Source: Candidatus Omnitrophota bacterium
Lineage (GTDB): Bacteria; Omnitrophota; Gorgyraeia; Duberdicusellales; 4484-171
Length of the DNA stretch: 64,000 nucleotides
Reading direction: 5' to 3'
Assembly: GCA_024231025.1 (NCBI GenBank)
Contig: JAAEQW010000327.1
Location: 16,022 to 80,021 of the forward strand
Of the stretch, positions 39,601 through 48,484 are shown piece after piece; the first letter of the stretch is position 1; every line of letters starts with the position of its first letter. Position numbers and translations under genes: made by a program. Below the pieces are notes generated by a model. It was not told the DNA's origin. It saw only the letters and a program-made list of their open reading frames with translations, and did not search any database.

Positions 39601-40813
39601 TAGCTATCATTTGTGCTCCCGGAAAAATATATTCTCCTTCAGACCCGTCACTACCGCTAGGTCCATCATTTGGTGGCCCGTCATCTGGATTCGAAATCAT
39701 CGTAGAATCAGCTACTTGCGCATTACCTTCAAAAGAAACAGCCGCAAGATCCTCCGCTATTACAGGAACTGCGTCGCTTATTTCTGGCAAATCCTCTTGA
39801 GTGTATCCACCAGAGAAATAACGCCGTTTGATTCTTCTATTTGTTGCTGGGTCAACCTCTTTTTTGATATAATCATACAGTTTTCCCTCAAACGCCTCAA
39901 CATAAAGATTATAAACCTTTTGTTTAATTTCCTTATCAGAAATCGCGATTCCATCAACTTTTGCCTGATTAATAAAGTGCTTATAAAAAGAATCTTGAAA
40001 CTTCTTTTTAAACCACGTAGCCAATACCATCGAATGGTATATTTGACGCAAAGTTGCAAAGTTTTTTCCTTGGTTTATTTCGTTATTAATTTTCGGTAAA
40101 ATTACCTGGCGCAGAGCATTGGAGGTTATCTCGTCTACTTCATCTGTCCGATCAATGCCTGTAGCATTTTTGCGAGCAAGAAAGTCTTCTTCCAATACCG
40201 CTTTTAGTTGTGCGTCGTTGATTAAAGCAACGTTTTCGTGCTCATAAACTTCAGCTGTATACGGAGTGATCCAAATTTTATTAAATGTGTTTATCGAAAC
40301 TTTTGTTGTTCCAAGGGTGTCGGTTAAGTCTTGATAAATTTTATCCCAATAATTTTTTCCGGCTTGACTATCAGGGCAAGTAATTGACGCCGATAGCTGT
40401 TTTAAAATATAATCCTGAGAAAGCAAGTCACGCCCTAGGTCAGTTGCGCTTAATTCATCTGGAAGAATTCGATTTTGCTCATATGGCGATAAGTTAACCC
40501 AAATATCCTTCTCGGCCATGGTAAGGCCAGCAAGAAAATAATTAATCAAACGCTTTGCGTCTTTTTCACTTATCTTCTCCTTGCTTCCGGTGTCAATAAT
40601 GAATTCAATATGCAAAGGGTTTTCGTAATCCAATCGCAAACCTTTTAGTACCGGAAAGGAGTAATTCTCCGACAACGGCACCATTGTTTGAGGACCAGGC
40701 AAGTCAAGAGTGTTTGCAAAAGTGACGAAAGGCGTTTGAATTAAAAGGGATACGACAAAAAAGAAAAGAGTTACGAAATTCAACTTAACGGATTGAGTGC
40801 GTAAATGCACCAT
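36686..40813 (-). CDS. Giant (1375 aa) secreted paralog with the conserved N-terminal domain, a phosphohexomutase-like domain and a Gly-rich C-terminus
   Basis: Signal peptide. N-terminal domain shared with the 2634- and 1084-aa proteins. GTSGFRG and TGSHTAGKFNGLKLY resemble the PGM/PMM GTSGLR and TASHNP motifs (~38800-39450). Confidence 0.65.
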   Translation of the reverse strand: MVHLRTQSVKLNFVTLFFFVVSLLIQTPFVTFANTLDLPGPQTMVPLSENYSFPVLKGLRLDYENPLHIEFIIDTGSKEKISEKDAKRLINYFLAGLTMAEKDIWVNLSPYEQNRILPDELSATDLGRDLLSQDYILKQLSASITCPDSQAGKNYWDKIYQDLTDTLGTTKVSINTFNKIWITPYTAEVYEHENVALINDAQLKAVLEEDFLARKNATGIDRTDEVDEITSNALRQVILPKINNEINQGKNFATLRQIYHSMVLATWFKKKFQDSFYKHFINQAKVDGIAISDKEIKQKVYNLYVEAFEGKLYDYIKKEVDPATNRRIKRRYFSGGYTQEDLPEISDAVPVIAEDLAAVSFEGNAQVADSTMISNPDDGPPNDGPSGSDGSEGEYIFPGAQMIANPSLEIPFEQRVQRVTLAAEIDRKSFSDQELDPAVYPPGCLLQEMDYTPKPTGMGTSGFRGLVDVMKDIEPYAITSGFSDWLVSKAQLAVDNNGAIVPGQKMVLAMDFRRSSPVFANAIATACRDLGVEVDFLDEVSTPIMAYYCQKYNLPGIMITGSHTAGKFNGLKLYSKDGEVLNEAEEKDDGVSDKEGIIAAVKARREVLYKQAATDSIFGVRGLFKPGANVDINAIKVNDEAKKIYIQRFVDAFSTADNPQPFKGYAVVYWGHSTVAVQEHVDIYRALGMKVIERRRRSNSFIALDTENMTKEHLADIKKDMRTVKKDYGAREVEGKTVIRVDGEDVILLGETSADGDGDRSMVIDENGIFWRGDVTIVPVARALKVDAVVQSLTGNQDVDDQLAKDGIVVKHCSVGSPYHKYLMRWMLRKNPNLKVIGQEVNGGIFIGPNIILPNGQPLDELITRDALPTPMIIFLEAIKHNKNVSEFFVGELDNYEDNAGLIHELPVLPGEKRTGQLIHEEYSLHRHNVSEVMFNDADRTMTVILRGEDDSSTVSYDDQDELVADAINLRKKMENFYHAGLGFGEIVHLAFGDHLIDGIVMWDSYGDRFHMRASGNAPELREYTYANKKADRGDQADQVNRADQIIDLATKPGGVLQTIEATVWEREKVLTYVYGNSDLSQGRSASPAAQNVYTTLALSPQQAQSDFPGLAVNEISLVAAGYSSVEASVKGLEVAAATAQKTLVALDNTKRSKLYDVVSALQDAMDDTLGCEGIFLALDMNAESRYDHVLGYDIGEDSKRFGEEANGTYVRGSILIELYELLGTDFSRVIVAENAFAKEDSEVQARAEARLHELSMRKDSRFVAVDADQIGGVLSSDDDPGDPFNGGGQGPSGTKQGSGLLNNGSGGSTRRSSAGLSSAHGGVKIEGLDNALNVTGSSEDWMGKTFNINPEFFNNAGIKVLGIRDIKSIRPLLD

Positions 40814-40972
40814 GGCGTTACCTCCAGCTTAAAAGTTTTACTTTTCCTACTGAATCACAACTGTGTTGGTAACGCCTCCCCCTACACCCGCAAAGTCGCA
40901 TTCTAACCTAAGACCTGTAGTAAGTAAATGTAACATTTTTTGTAAGCGTTGTCAAGAAACCGCTTACAAAAT

Positions 40973-41026
40973 AGGAGACGCTGTCGATAACTCCTTCGCA
41001 TGCAGTGGCTTATAAAACAAATATTT
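40973..41026 (-). promoter_or_regulatory. Conserved leader element, second copy, upstream of giant gene 2
   Basis: See 36551-36604. Confidence 0.5.
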
Positions 41027-41110
41027 CAATTAATGAAGCGCTGATCGTTGGATTGTGAGAATGATGGAAAACAAGGGGAATTGATTGGTAACTCATTGCA
41101 AGACAATTAG

Positions 41111-41485
41111 TTATGGACAACGTCTTGAAAGTTTTTTAAAGAATTCTCGGCACTCAGGTAAGTTGCGTAAATTTTCTAAGTCACTGTCTTTAAAGAGGTA
41201 ATCAAAATCATCGTAGCCTAAAACAATTGCCTCTTTTAATTCTTCTAGGGCAGTTTGCAAATCACCGGTTAAAGACAGGCTACAAGCTAAATTATAGTGA
41301 ACATGAGGATCTTGAGGTTTCAGTTCTGCTAATCTCTTATCAACAGCGAGGCCTTCTTTGTAAAAACCCCCTCTGGTGTAAGCATCACCTAAAGAGGCTA
41401 GGGCATGCACAAAGTTTGGTCTTTTTTGAATAAGATTTTCGTAAAATTTAATTTCAAAATCTTTACGCCTAATTCTCTTTTTCAC
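41111..41485 (-). CDS. TPR-repeat protein
   Basis: 124 aa with TPR-like helical repeats (ALASLGDAYTRGGFYKEGLAV...). Confidence 0.55.
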   Translation of the reverse strand: MKKRIRRKDFEIKFYENLIQKRPNFVHALASLGDAYTRGGFYKEGLAVDKRLAELKPQDPHVHYNLACSLSLTGDLQTALEELKEAIVLGYDDFDYLFKDSDLENLRNLPECREFFKKLSRRCP

Positions 41486-41533
41486 CTTGTTAAGCCTTTC
41501 CTCATCCAGCCGAAACTCTAGGGTTAGCTGGGT

Positions 41534-43906
41534 TCATTGTGTTTTTTGCAAAATTACTTTTTCTCCGAGTCGATAAAATACTTCTTCCAAATTCTTTTTA
41601 AACTCTGGGTAATCTTCCTTTGCAACAAAACGATTTTTTAAAGAGAATTCCTGTTTTGTTGAAAATGTTTTTTCGTTTTGGGTGTATTGCGTTTTAAAAT
41701 CAAACCACTGGGTAGTTAAAACATAATCTTTTGGAAAATACTTTATTTTCAAATTGTTCGGTAAATTAATCTCAACCGAAGATGTTTTCTTAAACAGCCC
41801 TACAAATTCTACTGGATATCTGCGGCTATCCTTTCCAACGTAAGAAACATCAATGCCGACATCACTCAAAAATGGAATTACACGCAAATCTTTAGCTGGC
41901 TTTAGAAACCTCCGCGCTTGGAAGGTGTATACGATTGTTGGATCTTTCATAAAATCAAAAGGGTCGATTATTTGGTGATCCAAGAATTTGGTTAAAGGTG
42001 AAATTGCCTTCATCTTGTCTTGAAGGGTGTCTTTTATAATCTGCGGGTGAGTATACTTTAGAAAATACCGCTGAAAACTTGCAAAACTTCCCTTGGCTAT
42101 AACTTGGCGCTTAACAGTCGCGGTTTCATTTTTATCAATGTCCAAAGTCATCTTATAAATTGTTTCATTGGCAATAGTTAGTGGAGTTTCGATTAGTTGA
42201 TAATCGTCTTCAAGGAAAACTAAAGTTAACCGCTGCTGATCTGAAAAAGGTAAATCGTAATAAGATGACGTTGTAGACGTCGGATCTAAAAAGGTTAATT
42301 TACCTTCGCAACGTATTGCAGCGATTGCATGATTAAAATTTATTGAAGGGAAATCTTCGCTTATCTGATACACCCCTCGAGTAGGAATTAAAACCGGATA
42401 GGCTGACAAGTTTGCCTCTTGAGCCATAGCAACCAGAAGAATGGCTTGATCCTTACAGTCTCCATATCGATTAAGAAAGATATCAACCGCTTTGTGCGGC
42501 TCATGCCCGCTTTCACCATATTCAACACCAACATAGCGAATATTTTTGGCACAAAACTCATGAATTTTTCTTGCTTTTTCTAAATCGTTTTTGCAATCTT
42601 TTGTTAACTCCTTAACAAAAGTTTTTATTTCATCATTTAGAGCGAGCTTGTCCTCATAAAGAGCCGTCCACCAAGTAAAGATTTCACCCCAAGACTCAAA
42701 GCTTGAGATAATTATCGCCGGATTTATTTTAGAAATCGGCGGCATTTTATCTTCAGGAATAATCGGATCGACCTCTTTGATATCCCAAGTGTATATTATT
42801 TCCGCTTTTGTTTTTTTAATCTTTGGCGTGAGGCTAAATCCTTTAGAATATTGTTGATTTAAATATTTAAAACTAGCTTTTTTCTTTTTAGGAACAAACA
42901 ATTTAAATTTTTGCCGAGCGATTGGATAAGCATCCCTTAGGCGATAAATATACGTGAAGTCGTCTTCGTTCACCATTTTAGATGAGTATATTTTTGCTTT
43001 ATACTCAACGATCGCACCAACATCAACCGAAGGCATTGAGATTATAAAAGCTTTTGCGTTGCTATAGAGAGGAAAGTTTAAGTATTTACTTACGTCGCGA
43101 ATGTTTTCTTTACCGGCATATACAACTTTTCCCTCGGGAGTAATTGTTCTGGCATATTCCAGCTCTACTCTTTCGTAAGTAGAGTCGTAGCCGATTTGAA
43201 CCTCGCCAATTTCTTTGCCCTTTTCTTTAAGAACTTTTTGAATGACGTGTACCACAGATAGCGTTGAGTTATCGCTTTTTATTTTGGTTGATTCGTCAAC
43301 AAAAAGGGTCACTGCTTCCTCTTCCTTAATTGTTGAAAGAAACTTTTTTTGCTGCTTAAGAAGCTTTTTTATTTCTTTGGGAACTTTATCCTCTATCTTT
43401 AAACCTATTTCTTCTATCCTCTCTTGGGCAATTTCCTTAAACGGTCCTTTTAGTTTAGCGTAGAGCTTTACCGCTTTAGGAAAAAGGTTTTTCTCCTCGG
43501 CCGTTTTAGCATACAGATAAATGTATTCGTTATCTTTAACCGGACCGAGCTTTTCAAAAACTTCTATCGCTTGGGTGTATTCTTTTAAATTCACATAGGT
43601 TTTAGCAAGAAGAATTCTTGCTTTTTTGTCTTGGCAAAGTTCTAAAATTTCTTTAGCTTTTTTGTAATCATTAAACTTATAATAAAATTTTGCAGCTTCA
43701 AGCTTTGTTGATTCTTTAGGCCGGCTTTTAAGTTTTTTCTCATAAAGAGATGCTGTTTTTTTATAAAGGGAAAGTGCCTTGTCCGCGGGGGATCCGCATC
43801 CGAACAAAGACCATAAACAACAAGCCATAAGTATTAGATAATAAGGTGCCCTTTTTTGTTTTTCTTTTTTTACTGAGTTCATAGTTTTTTTCCTCGCATT
43901 ATGCAA
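41534..43906 (-). CDS. Transglutaminase-like domain protein with N-terminal TPR repeats (DUF3857/transglutaminase-type)
   Basis: Lipoprotein-like N-terminus. TPR region. Transglutaminase core YGDCKDQAILLVAMAQ with downstream His and Asp. Confidence 0.65.
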   Translation of the reverse strand: MHNARKKTMNSVKKEKQKRAPYYLILMACCLWSLFGCGSPADKALSLYKKTASLYEKKLKSRPKESTKLEAAKFYYKFNDYKKAKEILELCQDKKARILLAKTYVNLKEYTQAIEVFEKLGPVKDNEYIYLYAKTAEEKNLFPKAVKLYAKLKGPFKEIAQERIEEIGLKIEDKVPKEIKKLLKQQKKFLSTIKEEEAVTLFVDESTKIKSDNSTLSVVHVIQKVLKEKGKEIGEVQIGYDSTYERVELEYARTITPEGKVVYAGKENIRDVSKYLNFPLYSNAKAFIISMPSVDVGAIVEYKAKIYSSKMVNEDDFTYIYRLRDAYPIARQKFKLFVPKKKKASFKYLNQQYSKGFSLTPKIKKTKAEIIYTWDIKEVDPIIPEDKMPPISKINPAIIISSFESWGEIFTWWTALYEDKLALNDEIKTFVKELTKDCKNDLEKARKIHEFCAKNIRYVGVEYGESGHEPHKAVDIFLNRYGDCKDQAILLVAMAQEANLSAYPVLIPTRGVYQISEDFPSINFNHAIAAIRCEGKLTFLDPTSTTSSYYDLPFSDQQRLTLVFLEDDYQLIETPLTIANETIYKMTLDIDKNETATVKRQVIAKGSFASFQRYFLKYTHPQIIKDTLQDKMKAISPLTKFLDHQIIDPFDFMKDPTIVYTFQARRFLKPAKDLRVIPFLSDVGIDVSYVGKDSRRYPVEFVGLFKKTSSVEINLPNNLKIKYFPKDYVLTTQWFDFKTQYTQNEKTFSTKQEFSLKNRFVAKEDYPEFKKNLEEVFYRLGEKVILQKTQ

Positions 43907-44189
43907 TGATTTTTAAAACTTCTTTTATTGCCTGGCCCTTATAAATTCCTAGTTTTTTTGCCTCAGGAGAAACAGCAAAAGCTTTTGCCTTAACTGCCTG
44001 CTCGATAGTGGAAATGCCGGTAATTTTTACTGCTACTTCCTTAAACTTAGTTGCGGTCTTCATGTTAAGATAACCACACATAATGTAGCCCCCGCTTGCC
44101 TTCAAAACAATTAAACTTTTATCGCAAAGTTTTATGCAAAAGGCATAAACAGTTTTCTTTCCAACTTTAATTTTTTTGGTAACAATCAT
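43899..44189 (-). CDS. Small DUF1805/YunC-like protein
   Basis: 96 aa. Tentative family resemblance only. Confidence 0.35.
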   Translation of the reverse strand: MIVTKKIKVGKKTVYAFCIKLCDKSLIVLKASGGYIMCGYLNMKTATKFKEVAVKITGISTIEQAVKAKAFAVSPEAKKLGIYKGQAIKEVLKIIA

Positions 44190-45337
44190 TGCAGCTTGCT
44201 TAAAACTCTTTCAATTCTGATGATTGCTTCTTTTAAGTTTTCCTGCGTATTAGCGTAAGAAATTCTGATATTATAATCATATTGCTTACCAAAGGCTGTA
44301 CCTGGAACGACGGCAACTTTTTCTTCGAAAAGCAATTTTTTAGCAAAATCTAAAGCTTTTATTTTAAACTTTTTCAGCGAAGGAAAACAATAAAAAGCAC
44401 CTTGAGGCATTACCGTATCTAACCCCAAATTGTTTAGCTCTCTTACAATAAAATCACGTCTGCGCTTATATTCGACGCGCATTTGGGCCACTTCTTTCTG
44501 AGCCCTCAAAGCTTCTGAGGAGGCAATTTGTGAAACAATTGGCGCACATAGCGCTGAATAAGCATGAATTTTTGTTATTGCTGATATTATTTTGCTGTTT
44601 CCGCAAGCATATCCCGAGCGAAATCCGGTCATTGCATAGCCTTTTGAAAATCCATTCAGCAGAATCGTTCTTTCTTTTGCTTTTTTATCCAAACAAGAAA
44701 AAGGAATATGCTCGCCTTCGTAGTTTAATTCATCGTAAACTTCATCACTAATAACTACGATTTCTTCGCGTGATAAAATTTTCCAAATTTCCTTTAGCTC
44801 CCCGCGACAATAGCTCACCCCTGTAGGATTACACGGGTAATTTAGAATAATTGCTTTTGGCCGTTTTTTAACAAGCTCACTTAAAACTTTGGGATTAATT
44901 TTAAAATTTTCTTCCTGCGTGGTAGTTAAAAAAAGTACTTTATTGCCATTAGCCTCCGGCAACGCCGGATATGCAACATAGTGCGGGCTAACCACAATTA
45001 TCTTATCTTTCGGATCTGAAATTGCTCTAATCGCCAAATCAAATGCTTCGCTAACTCCAGAGGTTATAACAATTTCTTTTTTGGGATCATAGCGTAACGC
45101 GTATTTTTTTTTGTAATGGTTGGCAATATCTTGGCGCAAAACAAAAAGCCCCTGATTAGACGTATACGAAGTTAGACCTTCTTCTAAGGCAGTTATCGCT
45201 TTTTCTCGCACTCTCCAAGGACTAATAAAATCCGGCTCTCCAACGCCTAAAGAAACAACATCCGGCATTCCTAAAACCAAATCAAAAAACTCCCTAATTC
45301 CCGAAGGGGCCAGTTTCTCTATGTGCTTAGCAATCAT
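44186..45337 (-). CDS. Class I/II PLP-dependent aminotransferase (aspartate or aromatic aminotransferase-like)
   Basis: PLP-lysine region FSKGYAMTGFRSGY. Aminotransferase fold and length. An Lrp/AsnC regulator is adjacent. Confidence 0.8.
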   Translation of the reverse strand: MIAKHIEKLAPSGIREFFDLVLGMPDVVSLGVGEPDFISPWRVREKAITALEEGLTSYTSNQGLFVLRQDIANHYKKKYALRYDPKKEIVITSGVSEAFDLAIRAISDPKDKIIVVSPHYVAYPALPEANGNKVLFLTTTQEENFKINPKVLSELVKKRPKAIILNYPCNPTGVSYCRGELKEIWKILSREEIVVISDEVYDELNYEGEHIPFSCLDKKAKERTILLNGFSKGYAMTGFRSGYACGNSKIISAITKIHAYSALCAPIVSQIASSEALRAQKEVAQMRVEYKRRRDFIVRELNNLGLDTVMPQGAFYCFPSLKKFKIKALDFAKKLLFEEKVAVVPGTAFGKQYDYNIRISYANTQENLKEAIIRIERVLSKLQ

Positions 45338-45338
45338 A

Positions 45339-45821
45339 TTAATAAGTTATTGCGAGCCTTTTGTTTTTATCTCTTTTTATTAAAACCACACCGTCTTCTT
45401 TATATTTCTTAAGCATAAAATGTGTTGTTGTTCCTTTAACGCTGCTTAAAGGAGCTAGCTTTTCCGAAACAAAATTCGCAACCGTATTGATATCCTTTCC
45501 CTCCACAATTAAAAGAAGATCATATGTTCCCGACAAAAGATAGCAGCTTCTTACTTCGGGAAACTTATAAACCCTTTCCGCTACGGCATCAAAGCCAACA
45601 TCTTTTTGAGGCATAACTTGAACTTCAATTATTGCAAAAACTCCTTTTTCACCAACAATTTTATTTTTATCGATTACGGCTTTATATTTTACAATTACTC
45701 CCTTTTTTTCATATCCTTTAATTGCTTTCTCGATATCTTTTTTCGGTTTTCCAGTTAAGCGAGCCAAATCTTCTAAAGAAATTCTTGCGTTCTGTTCCAA
45801 AAGTTCTAATATGTCCTCCAT
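45339..45821 (-). CDS. Lrp/AsnC-family transcriptional regulator
   Basis: N-terminal HTH (ILELLEQNARISLEDLARLTG) and a C-terminal RAM/ACT-like domain. Confidence 0.8.
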   Translation of the reverse strand: MEDILELLEQNARISLEDLARLTGKPKKDIEKAIKGYEKKGVIVKYKAVIDKNKIVGEKGVFAIIEVQVMPQKDVGFDAVAERVYKFPEVRSCYLLSGTYDLLLIVEGKDINTVANFVSEKLAPLSSVKGTTTHFMLKKYKEDGVVLIKRDKNKRLAITY

Positions 45822-45948
45822 GTTTCCTCCTGATATAGTTTTCAGACATCGCCCAAATTAAGGTTGTGCCTGATTTTGTAAATTATCTTTGATTGCCTTG
45901 TTCACTTATTTTAAAGAAACATTCTCTCTTTGTAAAGAATCTTTATTT

Positions 45949-46533
45949 CTAAGATTTCTTACTGCTACCATAGCGAGATAGGATTTCTTCTAAAGATTTT
46001 TCTTTTGATATCTCAAGCAGCTTTGCAAACACCTTAGCTGTAACCAAGGCATCTTCTAAGGCACGATGAAAATTTTGTGGACATTCTATATTGAAAAATT
46101 TCACAACTGTTTCTAAATTATACTTTTGCGATTTAATAAGACACCGAGCCATGGTTAGGACATCAATTACCGGCCCACTCCAGGGAGCATACATCATCCT
46201 GCCCAATTCACTATTAATGAAGCCCGCATCAAAAGGTGCGTTGTAGGCACAAATCACACCTCCTTCAAGAAACTCAAGCAAATTTTCCGCGATGTCTTTA
46301 AAAAATGGCGCGTCTTTGACATCTTCGTTGGAAATTTTGTGAATCTTATAAACATGATAAGGAATTTCCTGCCCTGGATTAACCAAGCACTGAAACTTGT
46401 CCACCACCTCATGGTTTCTCACCTTTACTGCACCAATTTCACAAATGGCTTCTCCGGCAGCGGCGCTTAACCCGGTTGTTTCCACATCAAGAAAAACTAA
46501 ATCATATTCATTTATGTTTTTTGTTAAGTTCAT
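45949..46533 (-). CDS. DnaQ-like 3'-5' exonuclease (DEDDh family)
   Basis: Exo I motif FLDVETTGL, plus downstream Exo II and Exo III motifs (H...D). Confidence 0.75.
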   Translation of the reverse strand: MNLTKNINEYDLVFLDVETTGLSAAAGEAICEIGAVKVRNHEVVDKFQCLVNPGQEIPYHVYKIHKISNEDVKDAPFFKDIAENLLEFLEGGVICAYNAPFDAGFINSELGRMMYAPWSGPVIDVLTMARCLIKSQKYNLETVVKFFNIECPQNFHRALEDALVTAKVFAKLLEISKEKSLEEILSRYGSSKKS

Positions 46534-46566
46534 CGGTATTTCTCCTGGACTTGTCTACTTGCCAAT

Positions 46567-47106
46567 ATGCTTATCTCATATATTCAGGTTATTATAGGCA
46601 ATTTACGGACCCGCCACAAGAAAAAGTTTAATTGTTATAAGACAAATGGAATTATCAATTATTGGGATGATGTCCCAAACCAATATAATAATATCGAAAG
46701 GGGTCAATATATTATCACGCCTAACCATGTTCATGGAATTATAAATATCGTAGGGGTCGACCTATGTGTCGACCCGGATAAAAATAAAATATCAAATGAC
46801 GATCATAAAATAAATCATAACGGGCGGACACAGGGGTCCGCCCCTACAATATTATCATTGTCTAATATAATCCAACGTTTAAAAACATTAACCACAAAAA
46901 AATATATTGATGGTATCAAAAATAATAATTGGTCACCATTTGCCAAACGTCTCTGGCAACGTGATTATCATGACCATATTATTCGCAACAAAACATCATT
47001 AAACAAAATACGTGAATATATAACCAATAATCCCATAAATTGGCAATTTGATGTTGAAAATCCTGACAGAGTTGGTAAGATGGAATCAGATACAATTACC
47101 GCATAA
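46567..47106 (+). CDS. REP-associated tyrosine transposase-like (IS200/COG1943-type HuH Y1 transposase), carrying an in-frame GTAG-palindrome pair
   Basis: HuH motif NHVHGII. Catalytic-Tyr region LWQRDYHDHIIRNKTSLNKIREYITNNP. Confidence 0.55.
   Translation: MLISYIQVIIGNLRTRHKKKFNCYKTNGIINYWDDVPNQYNNIERGQYIITPNHVHGIINIVGVDLCVDPDKNKISNDDHKINHNGRTQGSAPTILSLSNIIQRLKTLTTKKYIDGIKNNNWSPFAKRLWQRDYHDHIIRNKTSLNKIREYITNNPINWQFDVENPDRVGKMESDTITA
46750..46847. repeat. Pair of inverted REP-like hairpins (GTAG + GC-rich palindrome ... palindrome + CTAC) embedded in-frame in RAYT-like gene 1
   Basis: gtaggggtcgacctatgtgtcgaccc at 46750-46775 and gggcggacacaggggtccgcccctac at 46822-46847. The 5' GTAG is the E. 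coli REP hallmark recognised by RAYT proteins. Confidence 0.7.
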
Positions 47107-47160
47107 CAACGCAATCCAGCGGACGCTGCTTCGCATCGCCACTGATCTCGGATGTTATGT
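47101..47160. repeat. Structured intergenic palindromic repeat (REP-like), copy 1 (cataacaa...tgttatg)
   Basis: Outer inverted repeat cataaca/tgttatg around a GC-rich core. One of six related copies between genes of the 46.5-50.5 kb island. Confidence 0.65.
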
Positions 47161-47168
47161 AAAAAATT

Positions 47169-47561
47169 ATGAAAAATAAAATTCTAATCACTACATTGTT
47201 TCTCTTATTTTCAATTTCTTCATCGGCATTTTCCGAACAGATTAATCCTGAAAAATTCATAATTGATCTAATTAAAGCCGCTCAGGATAATAATTTAAAA
47301 GAAATTGAGGCTTATGCTGATCTTAAAATGATAGCATCGCATCCTCGTCATTCAATGGAACCAAAAGAATTTATTGAATTTCTTAAAGGTATTGATTTAG
47401 AAAGAATCGAATTTCAAAAATTAGTTAACCGTGGAATAGAAAAAGGAAGAATCCTGGTGAGAATTTTAAAACCTATTAGTTGCGATTTTGAATTAGAAGT
47501 ACAGCCGGATTCAACAACAGAAATAGGAACAAAAATACGGGTTGTTGACGTTCATCCGTGA
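47169..47561 (+). CDS. Hypothetical secreted protein (signal peptide)
   Basis: N-terminal hydrophobic signal ILITTLFLLFSISSSAF. Flanked by REP-like repeats. Confidence 0.4.
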   Translation: MKNKILITTLFLLFSISSSAFSEQINPEKFIIDLIKAAQDNNLKEIEAYADLKMIASHPRHSMEPKEFIEFLKGIDLERIEFQKLVNRGIEKGRILVRILKPISCDFELEVQPDSTTEIGTKIRVVDVHP

Positions 47562-47569
47562 ACAAAAAA

Positions 47570-47643
47570 CATAACAAGGCACTGCAGCTGACCCTACTAC
47601 GCCCCTTCGGGGCTTCGAAGGACAGCTGAGTTTGAATGTTATG
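47570..47643. repeat. REP-like structured repeat, copy 2, with a UUCG-tetraloop hairpin (gccccttcggggc)
   Basis: cataacaaggcactgcagctgacc...ggacagctgagtttgaatgttatg. Confidence 0.7.
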
Positions 47644-48364
47644 TGAAAAAAATAAAATGATTAACGAACTATTTAAATCTTCTTTAACAGGGCCACTATC
47701 TTACAAAATTTTCTCCTTTGTATTGATCGCTGCGATCTTTATTTGGATCTTTTGGGGAAATAAAATTGCCCAAAAACAAGAGGCGAGAAAAAATCAAAAA
47801 GCCGAACAAGCTGAGCAGATTAAACAACGCCCTTGGGTTGATGTGGACTTTGAAATAATGACCCCCCTTTCTTATGACAACAAAGAATGGGATGCTGGAA
47901 CACGCTGGCATGTGACTATAAAATATCGTTTAGAAAATGTCGGGAAAACACCTGCAAACAAAGCTTCTTTTATGGCAAAAATGATTCCATTGACTTCTAG
48001 CGTAAACGTTACTCAGGAATTTGATGCCCTTTACAAGTATCAACAACAACTAGCTAAGCATAATATGGGTTTCGGACAAACTCTTTTTCCAGAAAAAAAG
48101 CGCATTGTTAAATTTGTCTTGAATGGGAATCCAAGAATTTTTGACGAAATTAAAAAAAATCCAAGTGGCTATGCTGGGCATTTTCTTGTTATTGTTTGTG
48201 CAACCTATAATTCAACTTATAATAACGAGTTATTCCACACAGCAAAAGCGTTTCAACTATTCAAGCGTTCTGGAAATAAATTCATAGATCCAAATGGGGA
48301 AACCATTCCTGTAAAGGATCTCGCAATTGTACCGCATCCTATACAAGGGAGCCGTGCAGAATAA
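47636..48364 (+). CDS. Hypothetical membrane protein
   Basis: One N-terminal transmembrane helix (IFSFVLIAAIFIWIFW). No recognised domains. Confidence 0.4.
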   Translation: MLCEKNKMINELFKSSLTGPLSYKIFSFVLIAAIFIWIFWGNKIAQKQEARKNQKAEQAEQIKQRPWVDVDFEIMTPLSYDNKEWDAGTRWHVTIKYRLENVGKTPANKASFMAKMIPLTSSVNVTQEFDALYKYQQQLAKHNMGFGQTLFPEKKRIVKFVLNGNPRIFDEIKKNPSGYAGHFLVIVCATYNSTYNNELFHTAKAFQLFKRSGNKFIDPNGETIPVKDLAIVPHPIQGSRAE

Positions 48365-48391
48365 GGTAAATCTAATTGAATATTAAAAACA

Positions 48392-48455
48392 CATAACAAA
48401 TCACTGCACCTGACCAAAAAGCTGCGCTTTTCGGCAGGTGAGTTCTGATGTTATG
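48392..48455. repeat. REP-like structured repeat, copy 3
   Basis: cataacaaatcactgcacctgacc...ggcaggtgagttctgatgttatg. Confidence 0.65.
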
Positions 48456-48484
48456 ATATACAAAAACAAGGACAAGGAGAACAA

